A stretch of DNA of 64,000 bases from Candidatus Heimdallarchaeum aukensis (GCA_021513695.1 CP084166.1:2656001-2720000); one strand, 5' to 3'; shown: positions 21,733-29,420, counted from the stretch's first letter. Notes: a model not told the origin generated them from the letters alone. Translations and numbers: made by a program.

Positions 21733-23365
21733 AAACTATTTTTTCATTCTCTAAAATTCTTGCGAGGTTATCAATTACAACAGGTGCTGATCGTACAAAA
21801 CGGGATAATCGTGCATGTTCTCTTTTCCTTCTTTTTGCTCTACTAAGGAATGTTTTAAGTCTTCTACCAAGTTGTTGTAAAGCTAACCTAATCTCTTCTT
21901 CAATTTCTGGGACGGTTGAGATATACTCCTTACTCGTTTCAGGAAAAGGTATTTTTGTACTTACAATTGATACTGCAATCGCGAGAGGATCTGATTGTCT
22001 TGTAAGACCGTATTCACTCCAATTAAGCGAAGAAACTACTTTTGTAATAACGTCATTTCCCGCACCAAAAATTAAAGGAATTCTATTTGCATATCGATAA
22101 ATTATTTTGTTGTCGACTGACGTGCTTCCTTTTTGTTGAGCATATTTTGATACTCCCCCCCCATAACCTATTGCTGCTTCAACGATAAAAGGATGACCAG
22201 AATAAGCTTTTGGAGGACGAGAAATCGCTTCTACAAACTCTGGTTCAAGTTCTTTTTCTAAACCTTTTCTTAATCTTGCTGCTCCTAAAGGAGAAAGAGC
22301 ATCACCTTGTGGAGCATCAAATCTAAAGATTCTATCTCTTTTTCTTTTTATTTCTTTAGCCTCTTGGTAGGCTTTGATAAATCCTTCATGAACTATTCTT
22401 CTAATTTCTTTAGAAGTAAGGTCGCTAGGCTTTTTATTAGGGTCAATTTCTAAAATCTGAAAGAACTCTTCAGCTACTTCTTTTCTTACTCCCATAAAAT
22501 CTTTTGACAGAAAATCAACTAGATTTTCTGCAGAAGTAGCAGCAATTTTTGCTTTAAACTGAGTGATATCACATCCAAATGGGTGTAACTGAATTACTTT
22601 AGGAGGGTCGGGCATATCATCTACTACTTTTTGGAAAACTAATGTTTCACTTGTTCCTTCTTCATCTCCTGGAAGAACTACAGTAAAACTTGCATAGGGA
22701 GTAATTATAGCTAATTGTTTAAAATACTCCTTAATACTGTTCTTTGCTAGATTCCAAGCTCCAGTAAAAGTTATACTTATCTCAGTACCGCTAGTGTGCA
22801 AATATCCTGGGTCATCTGGATTATATTCGTGTTGTTCCATAATAACAGGTTCATTTTTTTCCAAGTTGATCATTAAATGAACTTCTGTAGTCATTTCTTC
22901 CATGAAGTATCTGCTCTTTATCCTTGCAGGAAGATCTACAGATGACATAGAATGTAGTAGACACATCTTGGCTCCTAAACCAAATCTGCCTCTAGTTTGA
23001 ATTACTCCATATTTTGTTCCTGTTAATACTCTACCAAAAAGATTTGGAATCTCATGACCAGGAACACCTACACCGTTATCTCTACATGTTAACTGAAGAA
23101 AATCAAGATGTTTTTCTAACTGTTTATATCTGGTAATATCTAATAATTCATTAATTTCAGAACTTGATAACTTCCTTAATTCAATATATATTTCAGGGTT
23201 CACACCTAGTTTTTCTGCTGCATCTAAGCCATTCTCGACCAATTCTCTAACAGAGGTAAAAACAGCTCGCATCGAGTTGCCAAAACCTGCAATGGCCTTA
23301 TTTTCATTGAAGAAAGCAGCTGCACTCATTTTTCGTGTTTTATTTTCTTCAGCCACAAAATTCAC
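10811..23365 (-). CDS. top6B: Giant 4184-aa protein. An N-terminal complete topoisomerase VI subunit B module (GHKL ATPase, H2TH, transducer) is fused to a huge C-terminal extension of about 3640 aa. The extension is built of HhH-like repeats and ends in a basic K/T-rich tail.
   Basis: A single uninterrupted 12.5 kb ORF in a roughly 30% GC genome. N-terminal motifs: Bergerat N-box ELVENGLDAAE, G1 box CRDNGVGVP, G2 box TRGRFGLGAK, transducer motif IYRYANRIPLIFGAGNDV, and a long C-terminal helix of the transducer. All plus-strand ORFs inside are short antisense shadows. Confidence 0.85.
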   Translation of the reverse strand: MNFVAEENKTRKMSAAAFFNENKAIAGFGNSMRAVFTSVRELVENGLDAAEKLGVNPEIYIELRKLSSSEINELLDITRYKQLEKHLDFLQLTCRDNGVGVPGHEIPNLFGRVLTGTKYGVIQTRGRFGLGAKMCLLHSMSSVDLPARIKSRYFMEEMTTEVHLMINLEKNEPVIMEQHEYNPDDPGYLHTSGTEISITFTGAWNLAKNSIKEYFKQLAIITPYASFTVVLPGDEEGTSETLVFQKVVDDMPDPPKVIQLHPFGCDITQFKAKIAATSAENLVDFLSKDFMGVRKEVAEEFFQILEIDPNKKPSDLTSKEIRRIVHEGFIKAYQEAKEIKRKRDRIFRFDAPQGDALSPLGAARLRKGLEKELEPEFVEAISRPPKAYSGHPFIVEAAIGYGGGVSKYAQQKGSTSVDNKIIYRYANRIPLIFGAGNDVITKVVSSLNWSEYGLTRQSDPLAIAVSIVSTKIPFPETSKEYISTVPEIEEEIRLALQQLGRRLKTFLSRAKRRKREHARLSRFVRSAPVVIDNLARILENEKIVYTNINKEKYKVAAALAHGAKKKIRNFVPLGTPIFELNVWCPDKYKKSCAKSDILTIGKFLSIPVSELAPILNLSKKEVSRIKQRTIYELDRSKLSPELPLKALTNKMIDKRFARQGTSSSFNEALYQRWIQNSYHYLATEATQLRLVEGLVERLIEDNKFKLINEVTKSQDGQETVELSIFIEEFKFNLETMSDYSELKEEFLYPDFNYIKTSYPNFSNKFKGLEDFIYKFNEPFSFKYDNDLTEMLIDYVKKVFSHVSEKFPDFLKVNITKMKPDWIDGYSKNAFHRRKIETIDNFLKTPTKDLLEIKELERSIYTRFFTILANSERSIPLNKLGLISTIDDNIRKNILDSLKSANIETLAQYANAKLRTLMKKELSVFVDSLLEESKFRILSHLNEVNKDLDLSHLKVISEKAEEKLLENKIFTSTSFLITPSKKLREMGLLKSEIARIKKKIGTPIPNFLSLKNKASKYEIYTVEDILYSQPENFEFKDEQTKKQYVSDYLLLRTPLIFAFPELNEKINVLNEIGVNCIGRFLIWSNKELSLVLNLNEQEIIRLKQSISANKITKNKERYKGNLKIIKKHFPRLVKQFNEQQTTIQELFYFYIEEELPSISDLLTKMNNFREFMNEDLIFLAKLAPTKSKAKSLNDALLKLKTKDVNTIRDFLQLTPVFIETEISKNKDKKILLELYDNINSKNLKDTDEFAEKVLLSHEIIDFYQFLQLPITRIKSLKLKDYEVLASKKIYSLHQFLNYSFDELSTILNFSKKNFDELINNFDVNRDGQPFYEKVSSGKYESIISFDFENSERFSPEEIRSLLVIGYNSIDQLFYLTHPYTFGAPIIKWGVIEKFKKLLRSPLTLVTWEKTTKKKILNEETKQEEEIEEIEITSLSHEQLNALRKTGIRRIIDFFLVSDETIASILKIDLEEAKKYKKNIRISETGTDISELDIFRPSIVEILETNNIFTIEDLYFSTQQEKWAIRTIPWEIVQNLKNVLNLRFKHLSDMLDPDIIKLLKKNKINTLLGFLLTSSKVLMERTGIPDERFDNIKRSLDLGEIFYFFSLPVYFLPNISFSQTEELRKAGILTIVDFVSTSSVKLSNILNITTKETKEIIDILTSQRIREEYEARAIYAYETRLFDKNEQRTLSRETIYSYEGFQSIQELFYCPDEVFIDRNSSIWRKVFTLKKILSLPLRIFQEISDYSLTIFNQNQITHLYHLIFILDSDLTDRTLFRTVSDYSSKLIDLRAYHYFDFLSATAYNKDFFSTILEDIEELTLLDVISSTDLIKTLSEFERQLAFEKCNITLIRSVFELPLGITPFLNLLSEDMRNKYFIITLGSLFELEFEENSPLLEIKNKLGEENSLDKLIGDLSIPISSLNLDVNLALPLSRSSITTLIDFYSTPTKKLSEISNETQKRINEIKENLSYSEIVELHKARSHPIMPSSLITETEISKLRDIGISDIETLYYAGVRMGASSILKQEKYREFKEILSGSITFLSFLSFEEIKKLELQDIHSVIDLSLFEKGQLSQILNNPIYDEFHIFDLLSLDELKEKRLRFAIPLENCPSITSEYVEKLHELGIYSIQDFISRMSEIRKSYPYLVNMNVFKEAKLYLSSVFFLDLELEQMLKLVYSGVGDILTFLTEDITTISLILDIPETEIIKIKENISVKKILNEVEEKGIKLESLALLSKRNLLSLQKLNKDTVQDLYGLCYQIKSFSEEFKENIDNFLSLCNSSVFRISNLSRFIKRSLAKNRILRVIDLFIVREKDLKKIFNSIPEELKDKRKGNISLSSGIPILEEDKELISTLTDFKFNLSKASFEDIFGLVPEYLLIFSESEKIEKASSIAKLEELIYGLCLNIFSISDMSLDVKLDLWKNGVKNIIELLTLSSEEKRTIPSNARSEIIRFVKEFSKEKLVNLIPKDHLDILSNKSDKLDIKTSPDVINLLDLLPQPFVISSQILFSNSNSLTSMVKYPIIWLDKFSQIDQLEFLRNLMKEDKKLILDLLLLPPDNIDIELAEYVVSSLSDFQIPKWAIKLRDVKFLSKQQKLYLKKINIEYLDQLLCLQDYSSEDKNLSSIKKTLSLFGTTPISFLSSLSLQQNSILFENKINTILEFLSIPSVSLGKLFEIEYKEINTIKLQISKRNIVSELKLYGIDLNLLPSLTEKELTKEGKLPLIKKREAKEGTSPKTIKKPEVSTIEYLNENEIYSLIQLFYHDVDQLEINKDEKEKLIVNIPILFTPIKTIERILGISTKNINESLKNKKTYYDYLHIPIHLWETLLPKLDKAIKENNSLFIRNLSSLQFSTLDIANLKLNKSLVQKLYSLGVFSIEYLYYFPEEFFLSLPDSYIEEIKDIRMKLSRNINNLPILTLDTIKSCYNKKLVYIIDVISSIQNLDDAMVDEILSSLSMLKNLHLESFIPPLGSYEEKAMKLGYLSYQELLGDVNLKDKSIFAEISPYLLANIRYLGLEEKIETNLKKGGTYTIADLLLIPYKTVAKESRIKLDQILKLRSSIKIDKIKKTIEKDKPNHFVDLPFLSEKEKSTLLSYGFYSFSDLEENSIYNWLYDIKKIEKIRTKIKQILDTSILFLSSINSLKFEEIETKYFDNNLFTIRDLVKNDQLVSFGDYNTIISNLIKDKKKTLSLTLKTKDFLGTINSKNLFSKNIEIPEISNIIDFISVLYMNKEFLTKTGLEILNLLNSSVSIITDFTEKEVEKLNEHKIETLKDLLIKPISYSSFLSEKQLEKVNHVLSTLNVKTIKKLRDKRVQLSNIMLFDSETKKKLLKYYTVIDDLVYDLSKKHCKLRSKLRNNVQKILNKSIYLISFPQLPLENWLKLLSKVSTLQEMLLLSKPALAKIISTNISEVDTFLSKITISRISNPPALKTNIVLQDFDIAELRENGIKNYLDLFENTDVVSNLSPSLRTKIGLLQKLSSRYFDEKLPDLSFQQLVFFNIHHDSLKVNSQVSKRLLDIYSFIFSKPTKFEEKLNLPEKDELKVQYTLESLLLLEKYDKKQFDKITSSFPETITLHFNEYLQFLNRHVILLVNESFENKEKFKQYGNLTIGDLILKPRYQLSQIIDDNRLIRQIRNLSLETLRTLASKLTPIPETILDKTELDVLSQGHIFSIEEAYVFNIVSKSKTSKRWKITEKLRLRIEQKIYSLPLVFESKETFRLLLKSNTKTVYDLLLLNKSSNITVLKNLLSQIPFHDLDSLASQSNSKLIDFVNDKEIINELNENDINSLGELIALFEEKNISDLSMKVKDVLSCFRASLALFIRQKNILFQLAKRGYEQVYDLFFLQNIDDLQIKFTEKQRAEFTELLNSLNMTKVKEQLELNSYRIKDLGLFSDTEKSILENGGYSHIIHLSVSDKRIKEQTELSIRQISTLKELLSYPIYSFYALMQDKPNSIFKLYHKQKYSLWDVFNTKINELTEITNITERQLRNYFATLTPQSLKIAKKGKTQIVKSTPFMSSEIISKLKEIGISSFEELIFADNRTKRKDIFKNKNVQKLLKLIEEPIEKLDVKQQIRNKLNSLGINTIGEFIAYPTSQLEGKLEMTYNDIKKIKQTIPFVKTTTTKAKRPSTTTKKTTTTKTKRPSTTTKKTTTTKTKRPSTTTKKTTTSKRTKQTTLDEISADTKIETKKRSTK
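10896..11030 (-). repeat. Near-perfect 3 x 45-nt direct tandem DNA repeat. It encodes a KTKRPSTTTKKTTTT x3 basic Lys/Thr-rich C-terminal tail of the giant protein.
   Basis: Unit gttgttttctttgttgttgtacttggtctctttgttttagtagtc occurs at 10896-10940 and 10941-10985, and at 10986-11030 with 2 substitutions. A partial degenerate copy lies upstream. The unit is in-frame (15 aa). Confidence 0.9.
21733..23365 (-). other. TopoVI-B homologous region of the giant protein (aa 1 to about 545). Comprises the GHKL/Bergerat ATPase, H2TH domain and transducer.
   Basis: Motif positions counted in the translation: N-box at aa 41-50, G1 at about aa 95-102, G2 at about aa 124-133, transducer RYANRIPL at aa 424-431, and a C-terminal helix extending to about aa 545. 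Confidence 0.7.
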
Positions 23366-23503
23366 TCCTTATATTCCGAATTAATGTACAAACATACATT
23401 CTTTTTCTATTATTTAAAGATAAATTAACCGTTTTAATAATTTAGCGCTTTAGGATTGAAATACAAAAAGTGAAATAATAAAATAAAAAATAGAGAAAAT
23501 AGA

Positions 23504-26440
23504 TTATTTTTTCTTGCGGAACAATTGTTGTTTTACTGGTTCTGGATTAATTGTTAGAGAAGAAACAATTATACCAAGTGTTAGAATAAATAATGCTGCA
23601 AAAGCCCCTCCAGTTCTGTAAGAGTCAGCTCTTCCGATTATTGAGAGGAACTCATCTTCTATTTGTTTAGCAAGGTTATCTGTGGAATATAGGATATCTT
23701 CGAGCCAGAATAAGTTTGCCATGTCTGCAGTAAGTTTTGGATAAGTTTGATGCCATGTTCTGTATTTATATTGAATGTCTTCAGTATCTTCTACAACATC
23801 TTCATCAAGGAATGGATAGTACTCAATATATTGTCCTGCATAAGTGTTGTATTGTACTCTATCTCTTCGTTCAAGAATTGTACCAGTTGTTGGGTCAGTG
23901 AAGATCTGTTGGAAGTGGAATTCATCACGTATAGAACCTGGGAAGGTGTGAGTGATATAAATATCGTCATTCTTCCAATCGGTACCATGAATTTGGTTCC
24001 ATCTTCCTACATGGACGAAACTCTCGTTTAGGTAGTCTGCATACTCTTGCCAGTATAAATCGTATTGATCGACTTGTAGGTAAGGTTGTTGTGTATCTGC
24101 ATAATAAATGTAAGCATCTCTACCATACATGATTGTTTTATCTCTGGCTGAATCAAATATAAATGGACGATAGAAGTACTCAACCCATCTTTGTGTAAAT
24201 CCTCTTTCTGTGTTTGGAGGTAGGACATCTAATCCATAAGTTTCACTAAATGGTTCAAACTGTGTAGTCTTCATTGGCCAATTGTTTAATTGAACAAAAG
24301 AAGCTTTATCCCAAATTTCAACGAATGTTCTTAATTCGTCTCTATGTAAGACATCACTGAATGAACCTGAAGAATAGGTTATGTGTATTAATCCTTTTGA
24401 ACCATCTGCAAGGTAAATGTTTTCACCAGAAGCATAAATATCGTATGCTTCTCCGTCACTATCATAAGTTGCTAAACTTGTTAAGGAATTGACGTTAGAT
24501 GCATCAACTACAATCAAACCATTTTCTCCAGCAGTGAGATATAGCAGATCGTTGTTTTGGTATAGGTTGAAGAATCCACCAGAAACACCAAAGTCATATG
24601 TTCCTATTTGAGTTAAGGTGTTTCCACTAATGGAATAAACAACAAGTCCTAAGGTGTCATCAAGAACATACAGAGTTGTTCCATCTAATAATAACTGAGT
24701 TGCTCCAGTAAGAGAAACGTTTGCTAATGATTCTAATGTAACTGCATCAAAAACTTCTATTCCTCGTCCCTGTTCAACAGCATAGGCTTTTGTTCCATCA
24801 GTTACAACAGCTGTAACAGGAGATTCAGTCTCTTTAAGTGTGTTTAGTGATATGTCTCCTCCATTAGTAGTTGCTTTAGCTAATCCATATTGACCCATAG
24901 CGATGAGCATAAAAGTCTTTGTTGGATTATATTCAAGGTCTAAAGCGTTTATATCTCCTCCATTGGTCCAAACTGTAATTTGGTCAATTTCTGTAAGATC
25001 AGACATATCTAATGAAACTATTCCTTTTTCTCCTGCTGCTACGTATGCAAAATCGCCATATAAACTAGTTTCAAAAGCGATGTCTCTGAAGAAATAACCT
25101 TGTAATCTGTATCCACCAATACCCAAAAACAAGGGGCTGGATGTGTTTACTATTCTAAATCCTCTATTTCCTTCAATAACATAAGCGAATTCGTCATTCA
25201 TTTCAACCTTATAACTTTGAGATTCTTCGAAGGTTGGTATGTTGGCTATTCCAATGATTTCATCAACTTTTGTTATATTATCTCTTCCTGTTTTAACAGC
25301 GTATAATAGGTCTGTTGAAGGATCAACTGAGTCAACTGCAAATGACTGATTAACTAAGAAAGGATATTTTTTTCCGCCGAGGAGTGGATCTTCAACTCCT
25401 GTAACCCATTCTAAAGCTGTTCTTTCACATATGTATGATATCTTGTTTTCATATAACCAGTTTAAAGCAGGTGTACCAGTAAGATATCTGATGTATGCAG
25501 CAAAAGATTGAGCTTGTTCTAGTTCCTCTGGTGTATCGATGTCATAAATTTCTGCTAACTTTTGAGTTACATTAATTGTGAGGATTGAGGGGTCATAGCT
25601 TAACCCTTGGACTAAATCAAGGAAGTACTTCATAGAACCGGCTTCTCCAGTGAATAGAGAATAATCATGACCATCTGCAGTAATTGCATTAAAGAGAATT
25701 TTGTAGGCTGTAGCGCTATCAAAGTTAATATCAGTGTGGTCAGGACGTGAGTTGATCCACATGTGAGGGCTATATTTGATACTATAAATTAGGTCGTTAG
25801 TTTGAGCATATGCCTTATTTAGCACAAGTTTAGCAATCTCACTGTTGTTGTATCCTAAACCTTCTAACTCGCTTCGAATCATAAATCCTGCAACATAAGC
25901 TTGTAAACCATATTCTGAACCATTACCAAAATTTTTCACATAATATGGCCAGAGGTAGTTATAATTGATGATTTTCTCATTACCTGTTAATGTTGAAAGT
26001 GTTTTATTTAAAGTGTATTGTTTCCGTTCGGTGTAAACAACATAATCATTTTCTTCACTATAATCAATTACAAATTTCTTCACTTCTAAGTCAAATACTA
26101 GTTTTCCTGGAATACCTATGTAAGTAATTGGAGTGTTCTTGTACAAGTATGCGTTTCTATCACTTATGTTGTAAAATTCTATATACGTATGAGCGTAATA
26201 ATTACTATCATCAGAGTATTTAGCAACATACATCCAATCAGAGTAATTGTCGCTTCCTCCTTCATAAGGATCAAGATCGTCTTCTGTAATCATACCATAC
26301 TCATTTAGCTTCTCTTCTATTTGATTATTGATTTTAATAGTTTGAATTGGTAACATTACGCCAACTGCGATAGCTGATCCAGAAGTTAAAATTAAAATAA
26401 ATATTCCTAACATTACACGGAATTTTTTCTGCATAGTCAT
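23504..26440 (-). CDS. Large membrane-anchored surface protein with LVIVD/YVTN-type beta-propeller repeats.
   Basis: N-terminal signal/TM (MTMQKKFRVMLGIFILILTSGSAIA) and a C-terminal TM followed by a basic tail (FAALFILTLGIIVSSL...RKKK). Repeated motifs: YAYVAAGEKGIVSLD, LLYLTAGENGLIVVD, NIYLADGSKGLIHI, TLYVLDDTLGLVVY. Confidence 0.6.
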   Translation of the reverse strand: MTMQKKFRVMLGIFILILTSGSAIAVGVMLPIQTIKINNQIEEKLNEYGMITEDDLDPYEGGSDNYSDWMYVAKYSDDSNYYAHTYIEFYNISDRNAYLYKNTPITYIGIPGKLVFDLEVKKFVIDYSEENDYVVYTERKQYTLNKTLSTLTGNEKIINYNYLWPYYVKNFGNGSEYGLQAYVAGFMIRSELEGLGYNNSEIAKLVLNKAYAQTNDLIYSIKYSPHMWINSRPDHTDINFDSATAYKILFNAITADGHDYSLFTGEAGSMKYFLDLVQGLSYDPSILTINVTQKLAEIYDIDTPEELEQAQSFAAYIRYLTGTPALNWLYENKISYICERTALEWVTGVEDPLLGGKKYPFLVNQSFAVDSVDPSTDLLYAVKTGRDNITKVDEIIGIANIPTFEESQSYKVEMNDEFAYVIEGNRGFRIVNTSSPLFLGIGGYRLQGYFFRDIAFETSLYGDFAYVAAGEKGIVSLDMSDLTEIDQITVWTNGGDINALDLEYNPTKTFMLIAMGQYGLAKATTNGGDISLNTLKETESPVTAVVTDGTKAYAVEQGRGIEVFDAVTLESLANVSLTGATQLLLDGTTLYVLDDTLGLVVYSISGNTLTQIGTYDFGVSGGFFNLYQNNDLLYLTAGENGLIVVDASNVNSLTSLATYDSDGEAYDIYASGENIYLADGSKGLIHITYSSGSFSDVLHRDELRTFVEIWDKASFVQLNNWPMKTTQFEPFSETYGLDVLPPNTERGFTQRWVEYFYRPFIFDSARDKTIMYGRDAYIYYADTQQPYLQVDQYDLYWQEYADYLNESFVHVGRWNQIHGTDWKNDDIYITHTFPGSIRDEFHFQQIFTDPTTGTILERRDRVQYNTYAGQYIEYYPFLDEDVVEDTEDIQYKYRTWHQTYPKLTADMANLFWLEDILYSTDNLAKQIEDEFLSIIGRADSYRTGGAFAALFILTLGIIVSSLTINPEPVKQQLFRKKK

Positions 26441-26672
26441 TTTCCTCGCAACAATATCTGTTTATGCTTCCGTCTCTTATGTCTATTTAAATGTAATGAC
26501 ATAATCACTAGACATATTGGACTAGAGACATTATCAGTGCAACAGAGAAATAAACAATTATATATTTTGCGTATGTGTTCTTTTTAAGGAATCATATATC
26601 TAGAAGATTTTTATCCAAAAACAAGTTGATGAAAAAAAGTATGTAAAAAGAAGGTATGTATCCATAGAAAGA

Positions 26673-27938
26673 TTATCCACTTTTCTTCTCTTCTTCATCC
26701 TCTTTTGAGATGTTCTCTTCTATTAGATAGTATTCCTTCTCAAATAAACTATCACACGAAGATAAGATGGAAGCTCCAATAAGTTCGCCGTCAGAATTGT
26801 ACTCTTTGACGATTATATTGTTTAATATATTAAATGAATCAACAATTTCCTGGGGAATACTAACAAAAGAGAATATTCCTCTAATGATTGTTCCTCTTCT
26901 CTTATCACCGTTTATTGCAAAAAATACATCCTTATTTGAGTACTTTTGTCTAAAAACCTTATAATTTGCAACTGATAGACCTTCGTCTGTTGTTTGAATA
27001 CTAATAAAACCTCTTAAAGGAGGATTGTCGATTTCTATACTTGATGCTAAATTTTCAACTTTCAACAGAACTGTAAAATCATTAATTTGCTCATAAATGT
27101 CATAAGCAACCAAAGAACAAAGACCCTTTGCTTCCTGAAAAATATACAGAAAGTCTGACAAATCATAGGAATAAAAGTCATTCTTTGAGATAGAAGCTGT
27201 TGTAATATCAATTATTATATTCATTACTCTATCTCTAAATTTGTTTTTCAACTCAAGATAATCATTGGAAGGGTTGTTTTCTATTAATTTATTATGATCT
27301 AGTAGGATAAATGGAATTAAGGTATTTTCTAAATTTATTAAATATGAAATGAAACTCAAGAACGAAACTTCAGCATTTAAGTCCTGTTTTCTTAATGGCT
27401 TTTCAAGGATAACTATTGGAGTTTTTCCTTTCTTTTTAATGATGGGTAAGAGATCCATTAACAAACCAAACAGAAAACCATCATTTCCTGCGAAAATAAA
27501 GATAATTGAAGAATTTCCTGTAACATTTTCGATTTTCTGCAAGACCTCAAACTGATTTTCCCTAAACCACTTTTTTCCCAAAGAAAAAGTAGAATTTATG
27601 ATCTCTCTACTAGGTAATCGAATAGAATGATTCTTGTTTTCATATTTGTTCAATATCTCTTCATTAGCTAATAGTAGGGAATTGCATTTTTTTATTCTTC
27701 TTGTAAGAGAAGGATAGAATTCACAGCTTTCTTCTAAAAATAGAAACGCAAAGTCCTTTAGTTTTTCTTCTCCTTCAAAAAACAGGGTATCAGATAACTC
27801 TGAACCAAAAAAAGGTTTTTCATCATTTCTACTATCTGAAATTATTCCCTGAAAATCAAATTTGTATAAAGGATTGAATTTTTGTTTCCTTGTCCCTAGA
27901 ATTGTTTTTTTCCTTTTTAATATTCTTTTCAAACTCAT
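26673..27938 (-). CDS. Divergent FtsZ/tubulin-superfamily paralogue with a degenerate nucleotide-binding T4 loop (putative pseudo-GTPase).
   Basis: IIFIFAGNDGFLFGLLMDLLPIIKKKGKTPIVILEKP aligns with LIIASGGGTGSAGSMIISKIIKDITGESPTIIFIVPEKH of the neighbouring FtsZ-like protein, so GGGTGSAG is replaced by AGNDGFLF. IPFILLDHNKLIEN aligns with CPTILFDNEKLISVD (the FtsZ ...ipNdkLl motif). No N-terminal GxGxxG motif. Confidence 0.45.
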   Translation of the reverse strand: MSLKRILKRKKTILGTRKQKFNPLYKFDFQGIISDSRNDEKPFFGSELSDTLFFEGEEKLKDFAFLFLEESCEFYPSLTRRIKKCNSLLLANEEILNKYENKNHSIRLPSREIINSTFSLGKKWFRENQFEVLQKIENVTGNSSIIFIFAGNDGFLFGLLMDLLPIIKKKGKTPIVILEKPLRKQDLNAEVSFLSFISYLINLENTLIPFILLDHNKLIENNPSNDYLELKNKFRDRVMNIIIDITTASISKNDFYSYDLSDFLYIFQEAKGLCSLVAYDIYEQINDFTVLLKVENLASSIEIDNPPLRGFISIQTTDEGLSVANYKVFRQKYSNKDVFFAINGDKRRGTIIRGIFSFVSIPQEIVDSFNILNNIIVKEYNSDGELIGASILSSCDSLFEKEYYLIEENISKEDEEEKKSG

Positions 27939-28007
27939 TTTGCAACACTTAACGAAACTTCATTTTATATTTTATTTATTGCTTTTTATTTCTATCGAAA
28001 AGCAATT

Positions 28008-29420
28008 TTAATGTTTTCCCGCAAGTACTTCATTGGTGTTGAATACTTGGATTGTATTAGTTTTTCTTGGTATGCCTAAATAGCTTCCTCCTACTAATAC
28101 TACAGTGTCATCATCCTTCAAATGTTCCTCATTAATTAATCGTGAAATACAAGTGTAAACTAGTTGATCATAATCTGTTTCATATGTGTGGAAAATAGGC
28201 TTCACTCCCCAATAGAGTTGTACTCTTCTTAATGTCCTCTTTTCGGGTGTAGAGGCAAATATTGGTAAGTGCAATCTATATTTTGACACCATTTGCGAAC
28301 TATAACCTGTACGAGTAAGAGCAATTATAGCTTTAGCAGAAAGATTCTGAGCAATATCGACAGCTGCTTTTCCTATAGATTCTTCTATGTTTTTAGCTTT
28401 ATACCTTGGAATAAAAGTGAGATCGCTTTTTTCTGCTTCTCTAATAATTTGATCCATTACGTTGATTACAGTAATAGGATGAATTCCTGTAGCAGTTTCA
28501 GCGGACAACATCACTGCATCAGCACCATCAAAAACAGCATGGGCAACATCACTAGCCTCAGCACGAGTTGGGATAGGTTCAATTGTCATTGATTCGAGCA
28601 TCTGTGTAGCAACGATCACTGGTTTTCCAAGTTCCATTCCCATTTGAATATATTGTTTTTGTAAAACTGGCACTCTCTCAGGGCCTATTTCAATTCCTAG
28701 GTCTCCTCTTGCAACCATTAATCCATCACAATTCTTCATGATGGACTTAACGTTATTCACTGCATCAATATGCTCAATCTTTGCAATTATGGGAATATAT
28801 TGAGATGTTGAGGATTTTATTATCTCTTTTATCTTCTTAATGTCTTTGACATCTCTTACAAAACTTATGAAAAGATAATCGACTTCTAAATCACAAGCCT
28901 TTTCAATATCCTTTATGTCTTTTTTAGTTGGCACATGTAAAGTTAAATTTGAATCAGGAACATTCACTCCTTTTCTTGTTGATATTGTTCCGCCATCTCT
29001 AACTACGCATTTAATTAAACTCCCATCAATTTCTAAAACCTCTAGTTTTACTAAACCATCATTAATAAAAATAGGTGAACCCACTTTCACTTCTTTGTAT
29101 AAATCTTTGTAATTAACTGAAAAGTAATTTTTTGTACTTATTATTGATTCATCATTGGTTATTGTTACCTTTTCACCAATTTCTAGTGAAACTGCCTCTT
29201 TAAATTTTCCAATACGTATTTTGGGACCAGCTATATCAATTGCTATTGCAATATTAGGACAATTTTCTCTAATTCTATTAAAAATTGTTTCATGTTCGTT
29301 GTGAGTTCCATGAGAGAAATTTAATCTAGCTACATTCATTCCAGCTTTTTCCATCTTTTTCAGCATTTCTGCAGAATCAGATGATGGCCCAATAGTGCAA
29401 ACAATTTTAGTCATTCTCAA
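28008..29420 (-). CDS. pyk: Pyruvate kinase.
   Basis: MRMTKIVCTIGPSS...ARLNFSHG N-terminus. Conserved PK motifs MVARGDLG and GD....TA. Length 470 aa. Confidence 0.9.
   Translation of the reverse strand: MRMTKIVCTIGPSSDSAEMLKKMEKAGMNVARLNFSHGTHNEHETIFNRIRENCPNIAIAIDIAGPKIRIGKFKEAVSLEIGEKVTITNDESIISTKNYFSVNYKDLYKEVKVGSPIFINDGLVKLEVLEIDGSLIKCVVRDGGTISTRKGVNVPDSNLTLHVPTKKDIKDIEKACDLEVDYLFISFVRDVKDIKKIKEIIKSSTSQYIPIIAKIEHIDAVNNVKSIMKNCDGLMVARGDLGIEIGPERVPVLQKQYIQMGMELGKPVIVATQMLESMTIEPIPTRAEASDVAHAVFDGADAVMLSAETATGIHPITVINVMDQIIREAEKSDLTFIPRYKAKNIEESIGKAAVDIAQNLSAKAIIALTRTGYSSQMVSKYRLHLPIFASTPEKRTLRRVQLYWGVKPIFHTYETDYDQLVYTCISRLINEEHLKDDDTVVLVGGSYLGIPRKTNTIQVFNTNEVLAGKH

Noticed and set aside
10811-23365. 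Possibility that the 4184-aa ORF is an assembly chimera, or several genes fused by a missed stop
   Set aside because: A single frame stays open for 12.5 kb in a roughly 30% GC genome where random frames close every 40 nt or so. The repeat character is continuous along the extension. There is no internal RBS plus start pattern at the Top6B/extension junction. Only external read evidence could overturn this, so I kept it as a real single CDS.
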